In this document: one piece after another, positions 52,827-61,667 of the stretch
How positions within the stretch are numbered: position 1 is the first letter of the stretch
How the letters are laid out: each line of letters starts with the position of its first letter
DNA from: an uncultured Clostridia bacterium
GTDB lineage: Bacteria > Bacillota > Clostridia > Oscillospirales > QAKW01
Direction of reading: 5' to 3'
Assembly: GCA_944387895.1 (NCBI GenBank)
Contig: CALXGQ010000009.1
Span: 16,329-80,328 of the forward strand
DNA length: 64,000 nucleotides
Notes under the pieces: generated by a model
Databases searched by the model: none
The model's input: the letters and a program-made list of their open reading frames with translations, nothing else
Told to the model about the DNA's origin: nothing
Position numbers and translations under genes: made by a program

Positions 52827-53522
52827 ATGACCGATCTCAAAAAGCTGCAATGCAATATCAACTATCGATTTCAGGACGAAAGCCTTCTCCGGCACGCCAT
52901 GGCGCACTCCAGCTATACCAACGAGCACCGAAGCGAGGTTCCCGGCTCTAATGAACGTCTTGAATTTCTGGGGGATTCTGTCCTCGGCCTGATCACGGCG
53001 GAATATCTTTTTTCTCATTACCAGCACCTGCCGGAAGGTAGCCTGACCAAAATGAGGGCGCTGCTGGTTTGTGAAGAATCCCTGTTTGGCTTTGCGCAGC
53101 AGATTGATCTGGGGCAGTTTCTCCTTCTCGGGCACGGAGAAGAGCGCGCCGGAAGCAGAACGCGGCCCTCTATCGTATCAGACGCCTTTGAAGCGCTCCT
53201 TGCCGCTATTTATCTGGACGGAGGGCTGGAAAGCGCCAAGCAGTTCGCCCTTCCCTTTCTGAAGCAGGGCGCGGCGGAAATTGAAGAACACAATCACCGC
53301 TACGACTATAAAACGACGCTTCAGGAAATTGCCCAGCAGAACCCGGGCGAACTGATTTCCTACAAACTTGTCGGCACCACCGGCCCGGATCACGCGAAAG
53401 TTTTTGAAGTACATTGCTTTCTAAACAGCAATCTTCTGGGCAAGGGAACCGGAAAAAGCAAAAAGGAAGCCGAACAGATGGCGGCAAAAGAGGCCTTGAA
53501 GATGATGGGTGAAAATCCATAA
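52827..53522 (+). CDS. rnc: Ribonuclease III
   Basis: 231 aa with the RNase III signature ERLEFLGDSVL and a C-terminal dsRBD (GKGTGKSKKEAEQMAAKEAL). Confidence 0.93.
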   Translation: MTDLKKLQCNINYRFQDESLLRHAMAHSSYTNEHRSEVPGSNERLEFLGDSVLGLITAEYLFSHYQHLPEGSLTKMRALLVCEESLFGFAQQIDLGQFLLLGHGEERAGSRTRPSIVSDAFEALLAAIYLDGGLESAKQFALPFLKQGAAEIEEHNHRYDYKTTLQEIAQQNPGELISYKLVGTTGPDHAKVFEVHCFLNSNLLGKGTGKSKKEAEQMAAKEALKMMGENP

Positions 53523-54493
53523 TGAAGCACGGGAATTTGGCAATTTTCATACCGCACGCCGGCTGCCCCCACCGTTGCTCCTTTTGCGATCAGCGGCAGA
53601 TCAGCGGCAGGCAGGAGGTTCCCGCGCCGGAAAAAATCAAAGAAACCATGGAACGCTGCGTCAATCGCCCCGGGCACCGGGCCGATTCGACGCAGATCGC
53701 TTTTTTCGGCGGTTCCTTCACCTGTATCCCCCGCGGGCAAATGATCGCTTATCTTGAAACAGCAAAAGCCTATATCGACGCAGGGCATTTCAGCGGGATC
53801 CGTATTTCCACAAGGCCGGACGGCATCAGCGATGAGATCCTTTCGCTTTTGCAGCAATATGACGTCCGTGCCATCGAGCTGGGCGCGCAAAGCATGGACG
53901 CCGACATATTGCGCCGCTCCAATCGGGGGCATACCCCGGAAGATACGGTTGCAGCCGCCCGAAAAATCACCGAAGCCGGAATCGAGCTGGGGCTTCAGAT
54001 GCTGCTGGGGCTCCCGGGCGATACGAAAGAAAAAGCCATGGAATCGGCGCAGAAAATGGCCGCTCTCCATCCGGCGGAAATGCGCCTCTACCCCGCCGTT
54101 GTCTTTCCGGGAACAGACCTTTACCAGCAATATCTCCGCCGGGAATACCAACCCCTGACGCTGGAGGACGCCCTCGACTGGACGGTGCCGATCGCCTGCT
54201 TTCTGGAGGAAAGCAAGATCCGTCTGTTGAAAATCGGGCTGCATCAGGCAAACGGTGCGGTTGCCGGCGCCTTTCATCCCGCCTTCGGCGAGATGGTGCG
54301 CACCGGGATGTGGAACCGGCATTTGAAAGAGCATCTCCCTCCCCCGCCGGCTGCGCTGACCATCCCCGTGCACCCGTCCGAGCTTTCAATCGCTCTGGGG
54401 CAAAAAAAGAAAAATCTGCAATTCTGGGCCGAGGAGGGCTATCGCCTGCAATTCATTGCCGACCCAAAATCCCATCGATTGCTTTCCCGATGA
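53522..54493 (+). CDS. Radical SAM protein (ELP3/MiaB-like core, function unknown)
   Basis: 323 aa with CxxxCxxC near the N-terminus (AGCPHRCSFCDQ). It overlaps the rnc stop. Confidence 0.8.
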   Translation: MKHGNLAIFIPHAGCPHRCSFCDQRQISGRQEVPAPEKIKETMERCVNRPGHRADSTQIAFFGGSFTCIPRGQMIAYLETAKAYIDAGHFSGIRISTRPDGISDEILSLLQQYDVRAIELGAQSMDADILRRSNRGHTPEDTVAAARKITEAGIELGLQMLLGLPGDTKEKAMESAQKMAALHPAEMRLYPAVVFPGTDLYQQYLRREYQPLTLEDALDWTVPIACFLEESKIRLLKIGLHQANGAVAGAFHPAFGEMVRTGMWNRHLKEHLPPPPAALTIPVHPSELSIALGQKKKNLQFWAEEGYRLQFIADPKSHRLLSR

Positions 54494-54545
54494 CCCGTTA
54501 AAATACGGCGCCTTATTTCCTGAAAAGCGCCCAATAAACAGATCA

Positions 54546-54579
54546 GCCTTCTTATGCATTGCACAAGAAGGCTTTTTAT
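54546..54579 (+). terminator. Intrinsic terminator after the radical SAM gene
   Basis: A 9-bp stem (agccttctt/aagaaggct) is followed by TTTTTATTATT. Confidence 0.6.
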
Positions 54580-55061
54580 TATTGAAGCATCTCCAGCAGA
54601 TATTTCAGCACCGCGTGAACCGTTTCCTCCCGCACCGAGCTGCGCTCCTTCAGATGAAACAGCTCCAAACGAACCGCCTCGCAGCGATCTGCGCAGGAAA
54701 CGGCAAAATAAACAAGTCCAACCGGTTTCTGCGGCGTTCCGCCGCCCGGCCCCGCAATGCCGGTGATGCCGACGCCGATATCGCTTCCGGCCAAACGGCG
54801 AATGCCATCGGCCATCTCCCGCGCGGTTTCCGCGCTGACCTCGCCATATTGGCGCAGCGTTTGCTCCGACACCCCCAACAGACGGGCTTTGATCTCTCCG
54901 CTATAAGAAACGACACCGCATTGAAATACGCGCGATGCTCCAGGATGATCGGTCAAATATTTTGAAAGAAGTCCGCCGGTGCAGGACTCCGCCTGCGCGA
55001 TCTCCAGATTTTTTTCCTGCATAACCGCCAGAAGCCGGCCGCTCAATTCCTGATTGGTCAT
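54579..55061 (-). CDS. CinA C-terminal domain protein (nicotinamide-nucleotide amidohydrolase PncC-like)
   Basis: 160 aa with the typical AESCTGGLL motif and GVGITGIAGPGGG. Confidence 0.85.
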   Translation of the reverse strand: MTNQELSGRLLAVMQEKNLEIAQAESCTGGLLSKYLTDHPGASRVFQCGVVSYSGEIKARLLGVSEQTLRQYGEVSAETAREMADGIRRLAGSDIGVGITGIAGPGGGTPQKPVGLVYFAVSCADRCEAVRLELFHLKERSSVREETVHAVLKYLLEMLQ

Positions 55062-55861
55062 GATTTTTGCACCGCCAGTTCAATTAAATTCCGGGGACAT
55101 TTCTCGGCGCAAAGGCCGCATCCGTTGCATTTTTCATAGTCGATAACAGAAACATTCCCGTCGACATGGACCGCGTCTTCCGGGCAGGTCTGCTCACATA
55201 TTTTACACCCGATGCAGCCGATATTGCAGGCTTCGATCGTCCGGGCGCTGGGATCCTGATTGGAGCAGCTGACAAATACAGCCGCATCACGCGGAAGCAG
55301 CTCAATAACGCCTTTTGGACAGGCGGAAAGGCATTGCCCGCACCCATTGCAAAGATCAGCATGGACATAAGCGACTCCGTTTCGGATGGAAATGGCGTTT
55401 TCCGGGCACTTTTTTACGCAGTTGCCAAAGCCAAGACAGCCGTATTGACATTTCATATAGCCGCCCAAAAGACGATTGGCCGCGGCGCAATCGTTCATGC
55501 CGTAATAAATATACTTCTTATTGACAAAATTATTGCTGCCGTGGCAACGGATATGCGCGACCATCCTTCTTCCGCTTTTCTGCGCCGCGCCGGTAAGCGC
55601 CGCCATTTCTTCCGCTTCGGCGGCACCGAGTACACTGCACCGGTCGCAGGAAACCCCATCCCTTAATATCGCTTCCGCATAATCCGAGCATCCGGCATAG
55701 CCGCAGGCGCCGCAGTTGGTGCCGGGGAGAATATTCAGGATTTTTGTTTTCTTTGTATCATTTTTTGAATGAAGCAGATGCCCGGCAAGATAAATGATAA
55801 CGCCGATAAGCAGGCAGACCACCCCAAGGAACAACGCCGCCTTTAAAATATCGATCAGCAT
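55058..55861 (-). CDS. rnfB: Rnf electron transport complex subunit B
   Basis: 267 aa with an N-terminal TM helix, an RnfB Cys motif (NCGACGYAGC) and multiple 4Fe-4S ferredoxin CxxCxxCxxxCP motifs. Confidence 0.88.
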   Translation of the reverse strand: MLIDILKAALFLGVVCLLIGVIIYLAGHLLHSKNDTKKTKILNILPGTNCGACGYAGCSDYAEAILRDGVSCDRCSVLGAAEAEEMAALTGAAQKSGRRMVAHIRCHGSNNFVNKKYIYYGMNDCAAANRLLGGYMKCQYGCLGFGNCVKKCPENAISIRNGVAYVHADLCNGCGQCLSACPKGVIELLPRDAAVFVSCSNQDPSARTIEACNIGCIGCKICEQTCPEDAVHVDGNVSVIDYEKCNGCGLCAEKCPRNLIELAVQKS

Positions 55862-55879
55862 GGTAGCATCCTCCTCTTC

Positions 55880-56479
55880 TCAGATTTGCACTCCGCTGAA
55901 ACCCATAAACCCAAACGCAAGCAAAGCCGCGGCGATCAGAGTGATGGGAAAGCCCTGAAAGGACTTCGGGATATTATCGTTTTCCTCGATTCGATCCCGC
56001 ACCAGCGTAAATACCCAGGCGACGAGCAAAAAGCCAACGGCCGAAAAGACCGCATAAAGAACCGACGAAGCCAGATTATAATTTCTTTCAATACTGCTCA
56101 AACAAACGCCCAAAACCGCGCAGTTTCCCGCCATCAGCGGCAGGTAGATTCCCAGCATATGATAAAGAGCCGGAAGATATTTTTTTATGACCATCTCCGC
56201 CAACTGAACCAGCAGAGCGATCAAAAGCATAAACGCCATGGTACGCAGATATTCTAGCTGAAACGGAACCAGCACCCATTGATAGACGCAATAGGTAAAG
56301 AGCGATGAAAGCCCCATTATAGCGATCAGAAGGATCCCCATTCCAACTGCCGTTTCCTTTTTCCTTGTCAGCCCGAAAAAGGAACCGCAGCCAAAAAGAC
56401 GGCTCAAAACAATGTTCTCGACCAAAATCGCACCGATTGCAAACGCAATGATGGTGCCAAGATCAAACTGTTCCATCAT
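55880..56479 (-). CDS. rnfA: Rnf electron transport complex subunit A
   Basis: A polytopic protein of about 199 aa with RnfA/NqrE-like motifs (GIYLPLMAGNCAVLG). The start at 56479 or 56476 follows GGGGGAG, so the ORF-track start at 56536 is rejected. Confidence 0.88.
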   Translation of the reverse strand: MMEQFDLGTIIAFAIGAILVENIVLSRLFGCGSFFGLTRKKETAVGMGILLIAIMGLSSLFTYCVYQWVLVPFQLEYLRTMAFMLLIALLVQLAEMVIKKYLPALYHMLGIYLPLMAGNCAVLGVCLSSIERNYNLASSVLYAVFSAVGFLLVAWVFTLVRDRIEENDNIPKSFQGFPITLIAAALLAFGFMGFSGVQI

Positions 56480-57077
56480 GGCTCCCCCTTTTTGCACGAT
56501 TTCTGAAAAACTGAGCCGCAGCCGCCAAAAGCCCAAGGGTCAGGAACCCGCCGGCGGGCAGAGCGAATACAGAGAGCGGTGAAATGCCGCCGAAAAGCGT
56601 ATATCCGAAAATGGTGCCGCTGCCGACAACTTCACGAATCAAACCGACCAGCACCAAAACAATGGTGAATCCGCAGCCCATGGCTACTCCGTCCAGCAGA
56701 CCGGGAAGCACTTTGTTTTTTGACGCAAAGGTTTCCGCCCGCGCCAAAAGGATCCCGTTTGCCGCGATCAGCGGCACAAAAATGCCCAGCGCGTTATAAA
56801 GATCATTGAAAAACGTGCTCAAAATCATTTCCACCAGAGAAACCAGCCCGGAAATGATCAGCACATAAAAGATGATCCGAACATGATGAGGAATCAGCCT
56901 GCGCAGCAGCGCGATCAGGACGTTTGATCCGATCAGCACCAAAGTGAGGCAAAGCCCCATGGTGAATGCGTTGAGCGTCGTCGTGGTGATGGCAAGGGCA
57001 GGACACAACCCCAAGAACTGGATTAGAACAGGATTTTCCGTCCAAAGTCCGGCTTTGAAATATTCTTTAACCTTCAA
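56463..57077 (-). CDS. rnfE: Rnf electron transport complex subunit E
   Basis: 204 aa, RnfE/NqrD-like (NPVLIQFLGLCPALA, GIFVPLIAANGILL). Confidence 0.9.
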   Translation of the reverse strand: MKVKEYFKAGLWTENPVLIQFLGLCPALAITTTTLNAFTMGLCLTLVLIGSNVLIALLRRLIPHHVRIIFYVLIISGLVSLVEMILSTFFNDLYNALGIFVPLIAANGILLARAETFASKNKVLPGLLDGVAMGCGFTIVLVLVGLIREVVGSGTIFGYTLFGGISPLSVFALPAGGFLTLGLLAAAAQFFRNRAKRGSHDGTV

Positions 57078-57688
57078 TTCGACACCTCCTGCTCCAGCCT
57101 GTTCACAACTTCAATGGCCGCGTTCACGCCGTTGATATATGCGGTTGAGGATACCGTCGCTCCAGAGATCACCTGCACCTCGCCCTTCCCGGCAGAATCC
57201 GATTTCACAGCGCTGGCGGTATCGTCCAGACCGTATACGCTCTGGCGGAAATCTTCATCACTTTCGATTTTTGCGCCGCTTCCGGGCGTTTCGCTATGGG
57301 AAATGATCTCAACGCCGCAGACAGCGCCGCCGGCATTAACGGCAACGATCATATCAATGACGTCCTCATATCCAAAGGGCAGCACCTCCACGCAGTAGCC
57401 GAGCACCGCGCCTGCTGCGTCTTCTGCGACGTAAACGGTTTTCACCGGCACCTGCACATTCCCCGTTGTGATCGACGGCTCAAAGCCCTCCGTTTCTTCG
57501 ATCACAGCCGCGCCTTCGATCAGCCCGTTCAGCGTTTCCGAAAGGCGCTGCTCCTCCAGCCGGGCGGCGACCGGCGCCGTCAGGGCGTGAACCGCCCCCA
57601 AAACGACCGCCACGACGACCGCCAAGGCGATCAACGTTACCGAAATCCGCAGTATTTCAATCCCTGGTTTTCCCGAAACGGAAGACAC
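57074..57688 (-). CDS. rnfG: Rnf electron transport complex subunit G (FMN-binding)
   Basis: It has an N-terminal TM helix and the FMN attachment motif ISGATVSS. The GTG start at 57688 is preferred because it lies 6 nt after GGAGGTG. The ORF-track TTG is at 57703. Confidence 0.85.
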   Translation of the reverse strand: MSSVSGKPGIEILRISVTLIALAVVVAVVLGAVHALTAPVAARLEEQRLSETLNGLIEGAAVIEETEGFEPSITTGNVQVPVKTVYVAEDAAGAVLGYCVEVLPFGYEDVIDMIVAVNAGGAVCGVEIISHSETPGSGAKIESDEDFRQSVYGLDDTASAVKSDSAGKGEVQVISGATVSSTAYINGVNAAIEVVNRLEQEVSN

Positions 57689-58646
57689 GCCGCTCACCTC
57701 CAAAATTTCTCGGAATGGTCACGGTATCCAAAAATACCGAAAAACAGTTCATCAACAAAATCGCAAAGGAAACGCCCTCCAGATAGCCGCCGAAATAGCG
57801 GATCAGAATCGTGATCAGCCCGCAGCCGGCTCCGTAAATCAGGCGCCCGCCCGGCGTTACCGGGCTGGTAGCATAATCAGTCGCCATAAAGAACGCGCCC
57901 ATGAACAGGCTGCCGCTGCACAGATGATAGAGCATATACTGCACCGCGGAAATATCGCTGTAGCGCGGGAAAATCAGCGTGACCAGAGCAACGGTTCCGA
58001 TAAAGGAAACCGGAATATGCCAGGTGATCACCTTTTTATAAAGCAGAAAAATTCCGCCCAGCAGCAAAAGAAGCGCGCTGGTTTCACCGATACAGCCGCC
58101 GGTATTGCCAAGAAAGCAATCACCGATCGAGATCTTATCCGTAATGGTTACCAGCTTCTCGCTGCTGTTTTTCAGATATTCCAGCGGGGTCGCCACCGTA
58201 ACGCCGTCGAAAGGTGTGATCCAGCAATGGTTCATATAACGCGGGAAGGACAAAAAGAGAAAAATACGCGCCGAAAGAGCAGGATTGAATATATTTTTCC
58301 CCAGCCCGCCAAACAGCTGCTTTACAATCACGATGGCAAAAAAGGCGCCGATGGGAAGCAACCACAGCGGCACGGTAGGCGGCATGCTTAAAGCCAGAAG
58401 CAGGCCCGTGACCATGGCGGAGCAATCGTAAATCGTTTGTTTGCGCTTCATCAAAAGGTTAAACAGATATTCAAACAACACGCACGACCCCACGCTGATC
58501 AAAATGATCAGCAGCACGCTCCAGCCAAAATAGACAACCGCACCGACCGTTGCGGGAAACAGCGCGACCAGAACATACCCCATAATCGTGCTGACCGTGC
58601 GGTGGTCTTTGGAATGGGGAGATGAAGATACGACCAGCTCGCTCAT
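57657..58646 (-). CDS. rnfD: Rnf electron transport complex subunit D
   Basis: 329-aa polytopic protein, RnfD/NqrB-like (SSSPH..., FMATDYATSP). Confidence 0.9.
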   Translation of the reverse strand: MSELVVSSSPHSKDHRTVSTIMGYVLVALFPATVGAVVYFGWSVLLIILISVGSCVLFEYLFNLLMKRKQTIYDCSAMVTGLLLALSMPPTVPLWLLPIGAFFAIVIVKQLFGGLGKNIFNPALSARIFLFLSFPRYMNHCWITPFDGVTVATPLEYLKNSSEKLVTITDKISIGDCFLGNTGGCIGETSALLLLLGGIFLLYKKVITWHIPVSFIGTVALVTLIFPRYSDISAVQYMLYHLCSGSLFMGAFFMATDYATSPVTPGGRLIYGAGCGLITILIRYFGGYLEGVSFAILLMNCFSVFLDTVTIPRNFGGERRVFRFGKTRD

Positions 58647-58649
58647 ATT

Positions 58650-60521
58650 CTATATCATCTCCTTTTCTACTTTGTTTTCCTTAAGCTTTTGCTTGCCGAT
58701 CCGCATATATTGTATCAACGGAATTTTTGCAGGACAGGCAAAAGAGCAGCAGCCGCACTCGATACAGGATCCTGTATGCAGCTTTTTGACTATCTCAAGG
58801 TTCTCGGCCTTCACATATTTTGCAATATAGCACGGAACCAGATGCATCGGGCAGGCCGACACGCAGCTTCCGCAGCGTATACAACTTACGTCGCGCTCCA
58901 GCGCCAGCTGTTCCTTGGTCATACAGATCAACCCAGAGGTTTCCTTGATCACCGGCGCGTCCAGCGAATATTGAGCGGTGCCCATCATCGGGCCGCCCAT
59001 GATCAGTTTGCGCGTGGAAGGAAGATACCCAAAGTAATTCAATACGGCGGAAAAGGGTGTTCCGATCCGGACACTGACATTCCCCGTCCGCTCAACGCCA
59101 TGCCCTGCCACCGTCACGATCCGGCGCATCAGCGGAGCGCCGTTCACAATAGCGCGATAGATGGCGATGATCGTATCGACGTTCAATACCAGGCACCCCA
59201 CGTCCGCCGGCATTTTCCCGGAAGGAATAATACGGCCGGTAACGGCGCGAACCAGTTGTTTTTCGCCGCCCTGGGGATATTTGGATTTCAAAATAATAAC
59301 ACGGCTGCGGTTTTTCCCAAGTTTTTTATGAAGCAGAGAGATGGCGTCCGGCTTATTGTTTTCAATGCCGATATAAAACCGGCTTGTGTTCATGATATAG
59401 CTCACTATTTCAATGCCGCCGGTCAGCTCATCGATCGATTCCAGAATGACGCGGTGATCGCTTGAAAGATACGGCTCACACTCCGCGGCATTTACAATAA
59501 GGGTATCCACCCGCCCGAGCCCGGAAGTCAGCTTCAAATGCGTTGGAAAAGCAGTACCGCCCATTCCCACGATTCCGGCTTCCCGGATCATGGCGATCAG
59601 CTCTTCCGGCGTTTTCGACCGGTAATCGGGGCAGGCTTCCTGAAAGCATTCCGCGCGCTTGTCCTCAAAATCATTTTCCACGATAATGGAGCGGATCCGG
59701 TTGCCGGTGGGATGCTCCCAATCGCAGATATCGACGACTGTGCCGGAAACCGACGCATGGATCGGCGCGGAAACCGCAGCTGTGCTATCGGCAATTTTCT
59801 GGCCGAGCCGAACATAATCGCCCACCGCCACACAGGGCTCGCAGATCGCGCCAATGTGCTGAAGCAGCGGATAAATCATTCTCTTTTGCGGGGGGAGGAT
59901 CTCAATCGGCTTCGACCGGGTGTTTTTATGCGGCGTCGGATGAACGCCGCCGTCAAAGCGGTGGATCCAGTTGAGCCGCATCCCGTACCAAACCGCCTTG
60001 AAATCGATTCCGCTGCCCAAAAGCGCCAGGACAAAAACCGCCAGCGACAGGATAAAATGATAGTAGATGCCGACCGGGATTTGAAGCCAGATATCGGCCG
60101 CCGACTGCACCAGATCGCTGCCGTTATGATAAAGCTCCTGATTGATGCTGAAATAAACGATGAACAAAACCAGATATACCATCAAAAATATGACAGATCC
60201 GGTGAAAACAGACCGTTTTCCGCCCGCGGCCTTTGCCCAGATCAGGATCAGGCCGCAGACATAGCAGACCAGCCCCACATAAAACAGCAGCATGACCACA
60301 TAAAGCACCTTGCTGAACAGGCTGAAGGAACTGAGTACGCTCTCGAAATACCGTTCAATCTGGCCCAGATCGGCAAAAATGGAGAACAGCATATTCTCGT
60401 TTGTGCCCTCATAGGAAACCAACGGATTCAAAAACGGGATAAAAGCCGAAACAATGGTAATTAAAACAAGGATCTGCTCGTAAAAGAGATAGGATTTCAA
60501 GCAGTTGGATAATTTTTTCAT
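58650..60521 (-). CDS. rnfC: Rnf electron transport complex subunit C with in-frame N-terminal ~180-aa membrane extension
   Basis: From residue ~190 (FDGGVHP...) the C-terminal ~440 aa is canonical RnfC, with an NADH/FMN-binding region and two 4Fe-4S motifs (CIRCGSCVSACP, CIECGCCSFACP). The N-terminal 180 aa is hydrophobic (~4 TM helices) with no intervening stop. Confidence 0.85.
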   Translation of the reverse strand: MKKLSNCLKSYLFYEQILVLITIVSAFIPFLNPLVSYEGTNENMLFSIFADLGQIERYFESVLSSFSLFSKVLYVVMLLFYVGLVCYVCGLILIWAKAAGGKRSVFTGSVIFLMVYLVLFIVYFSINQELYHNGSDLVQSAADIWLQIPVGIYYHFILSLAVFVLALLGSGIDFKAVWYGMRLNWIHRFDGGVHPTPHKNTRSKPIEILPPQKRMIYPLLQHIGAICEPCVAVGDYVRLGQKIADSTAAVSAPIHASVSGTVVDICDWEHPTGNRIRSIIVENDFEDKRAECFQEACPDYRSKTPEELIAMIREAGIVGMGGTAFPTHLKLTSGLGRVDTLIVNAAECEPYLSSDHRVILESIDELTGGIEIVSYIMNTSRFYIGIENNKPDAISLLHKKLGKNRSRVIILKSKYPQGGEKQLVRAVTGRIIPSGKMPADVGCLVLNVDTIIAIYRAIVNGAPLMRRIVTVAGHGVERTGNVSVRIGTPFSAVLNYFGYLPSTRKLIMGGPMMGTAQYSLDAPVIKETSGLICMTKEQLALERDVSCIRCGSCVSACPMHLVPCYIAKYVKAENLEIVKKLHTGSCIECGCCSFACPAKIPLIQYMRIGKQKLKENKVEKEMI

Positions 60522-60592
60522 GGAATGACTCCTTTATTGATCAGCGCAAGAGATCAAAATACGCAGACTATATTTGACGCTATAATAAACTA

Positions 60593-60621
60593 ATTATAAC
60601 ATAATATTAAAAAAACCGCAA
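60593..60621 (-). promoter_or_regulatory. Candidate SigA promoter for the rnf operon (TTGCGG-17-TATAAT)
   Basis: Hexamers were read on the minus strand, about 70 nt upstream of the rnfC ATG. Confidence 0.4.
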
Positions 60622-60640
60622 CCCGCACCTGGAAATTTGC

Positions 60641-61429
60641 TCAGAGCTCCCGGTTTTGCTGGCTTTTCGGAGAAATGCCGAACTGTTTTTTATAGGCGCG
60701 GAAAAAGGTGGTATAATCCCGAAATCCGCAGCAGGCGCATACCGCGGCGGGCGGCATTCCGCCGTTGAGAAGCTCCCGCGCCTGCAAAAGACGTTTGGTG
60801 ATGATATAGTTCCATACCGTTGAGCCGGTCGTACGCTTGAATATTCTGTTTAAATGCGCCTTGCTCAAATAGAATTGACTGCTCAGTACCGCAAGGGAAA
60901 GATCTTCCGTCAAGTGATTATTGATATACTGCACCATTGCCGCCACCGAATCCGGCTCATACTTGAATTCACCGGCCCGCACCGCTTCAAAAGGCTCCGC
61001 CAGCTCTCCCAGCAGCGCCATCAAAAAGGCCAACTTGCGATGCGGCTCTGCGACCGTACAAATCTTCTGAACCAAATACGTCCAGCGATGATCCGGAAAG
61101 AGCGCGGCGCTGTAGTGATTATAAGCACCCAGCGGACGATCGTCAAACATTTCCAGCAGCTTGCTGCCGGAGGGGATCTCCCGGAGAAACGGCAGATCAA
61201 AATTGACGATCAGGCGCTCATATCTGCCATCTCCATGCAAAATCAAATGATGCGATTCCTTTTTCCGTATCAGCATCAGATCTCCCGGCCGCAGGCGGTA
61301 GCAGGTTCCCTCCACGGCATAGGAAGCGTCGCCGGAAAGAAAACAGAAAATCTCATAGTTTTCATGGGCGTGCATCTGAAAAACAGCCTGATCCGGCCGT
61401 TCTGTGACACAATGCGCTGATTTGATCAT
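60641..61429 (-). CDS. AraC family transcriptional regulator (cupin + HTH)
   Basis: It has an N-terminal cupin-like sensor and a C-terminal AraC HTH (FRDYTTFFRAYKKQFGISP). The ATG at 61429 (after GGTGG) is preferred because the predicted promoter puts the TSS at ~61450. The ORF-track GTG is at 61447. Confidence 0.85.
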   Translation of the reverse strand: MIKSAHCVTERPDQAVFQMHAHENYEIFCFLSGDASYAVEGTCYRLRPGDLMLIRKKESHHLILHGDGRYERLIVNFDLPFLREIPSGSKLLEMFDDRPLGAYNHYSAALFPDHRWTYLVQKICTVAEPHRKLAFLMALLGELAEPFEAVRAGEFKYEPDSVAAMVQYINNHLTEDLSLAVLSSQFYLSKAHLNRIFKRTTGSTVWNYIITKRLLQARELLNGGMPPAAVCACCGFRDYTTFFRAYKKQFGISPKSQQNREL

Positions 61430-61456
61430 ATAATCCACCGTTATCACCCCATTCGT

Positions 61457-61485
61457 ATTGTAGCATAATACGCTTCTTTCTGCAA
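61457..61485 (-). promoter_or_regulatory. SigA promoter for the AraC-family gene (TTGCAG-17-TACAAT, TGn extended)
   Basis: Hexamers were read on the minus strand. Confidence 0.5.
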
Positions 61486-61619
61486 TACTTTCAGCTATTA
61501 TAGGATGATATGTTTAAAAAATATTCATTTTAGCCAATAAGGCGGCAAGTTTCCGGCGTCGCCCTCTTCCCCGCCGCAGCGGGATTCGCCTCCACTACGC
61601 GCCGGCCGCCTGCTCCATA

Positions 61620-61655
61620 AAACAAAAAGAGCTTTTGCATATGCAAAAGCTCTTT
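61620..61655 (-). terminator. Intrinsic terminator after pfkA
   Basis: A perfect 30-nt palindrome (aaagagcttttgcat/atgcaaaagctcttt) is followed by TTTTGTTTT on the minus strand. Confidence 0.8.
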
Positions 61656-61667
61656 AAAAGATCATCA

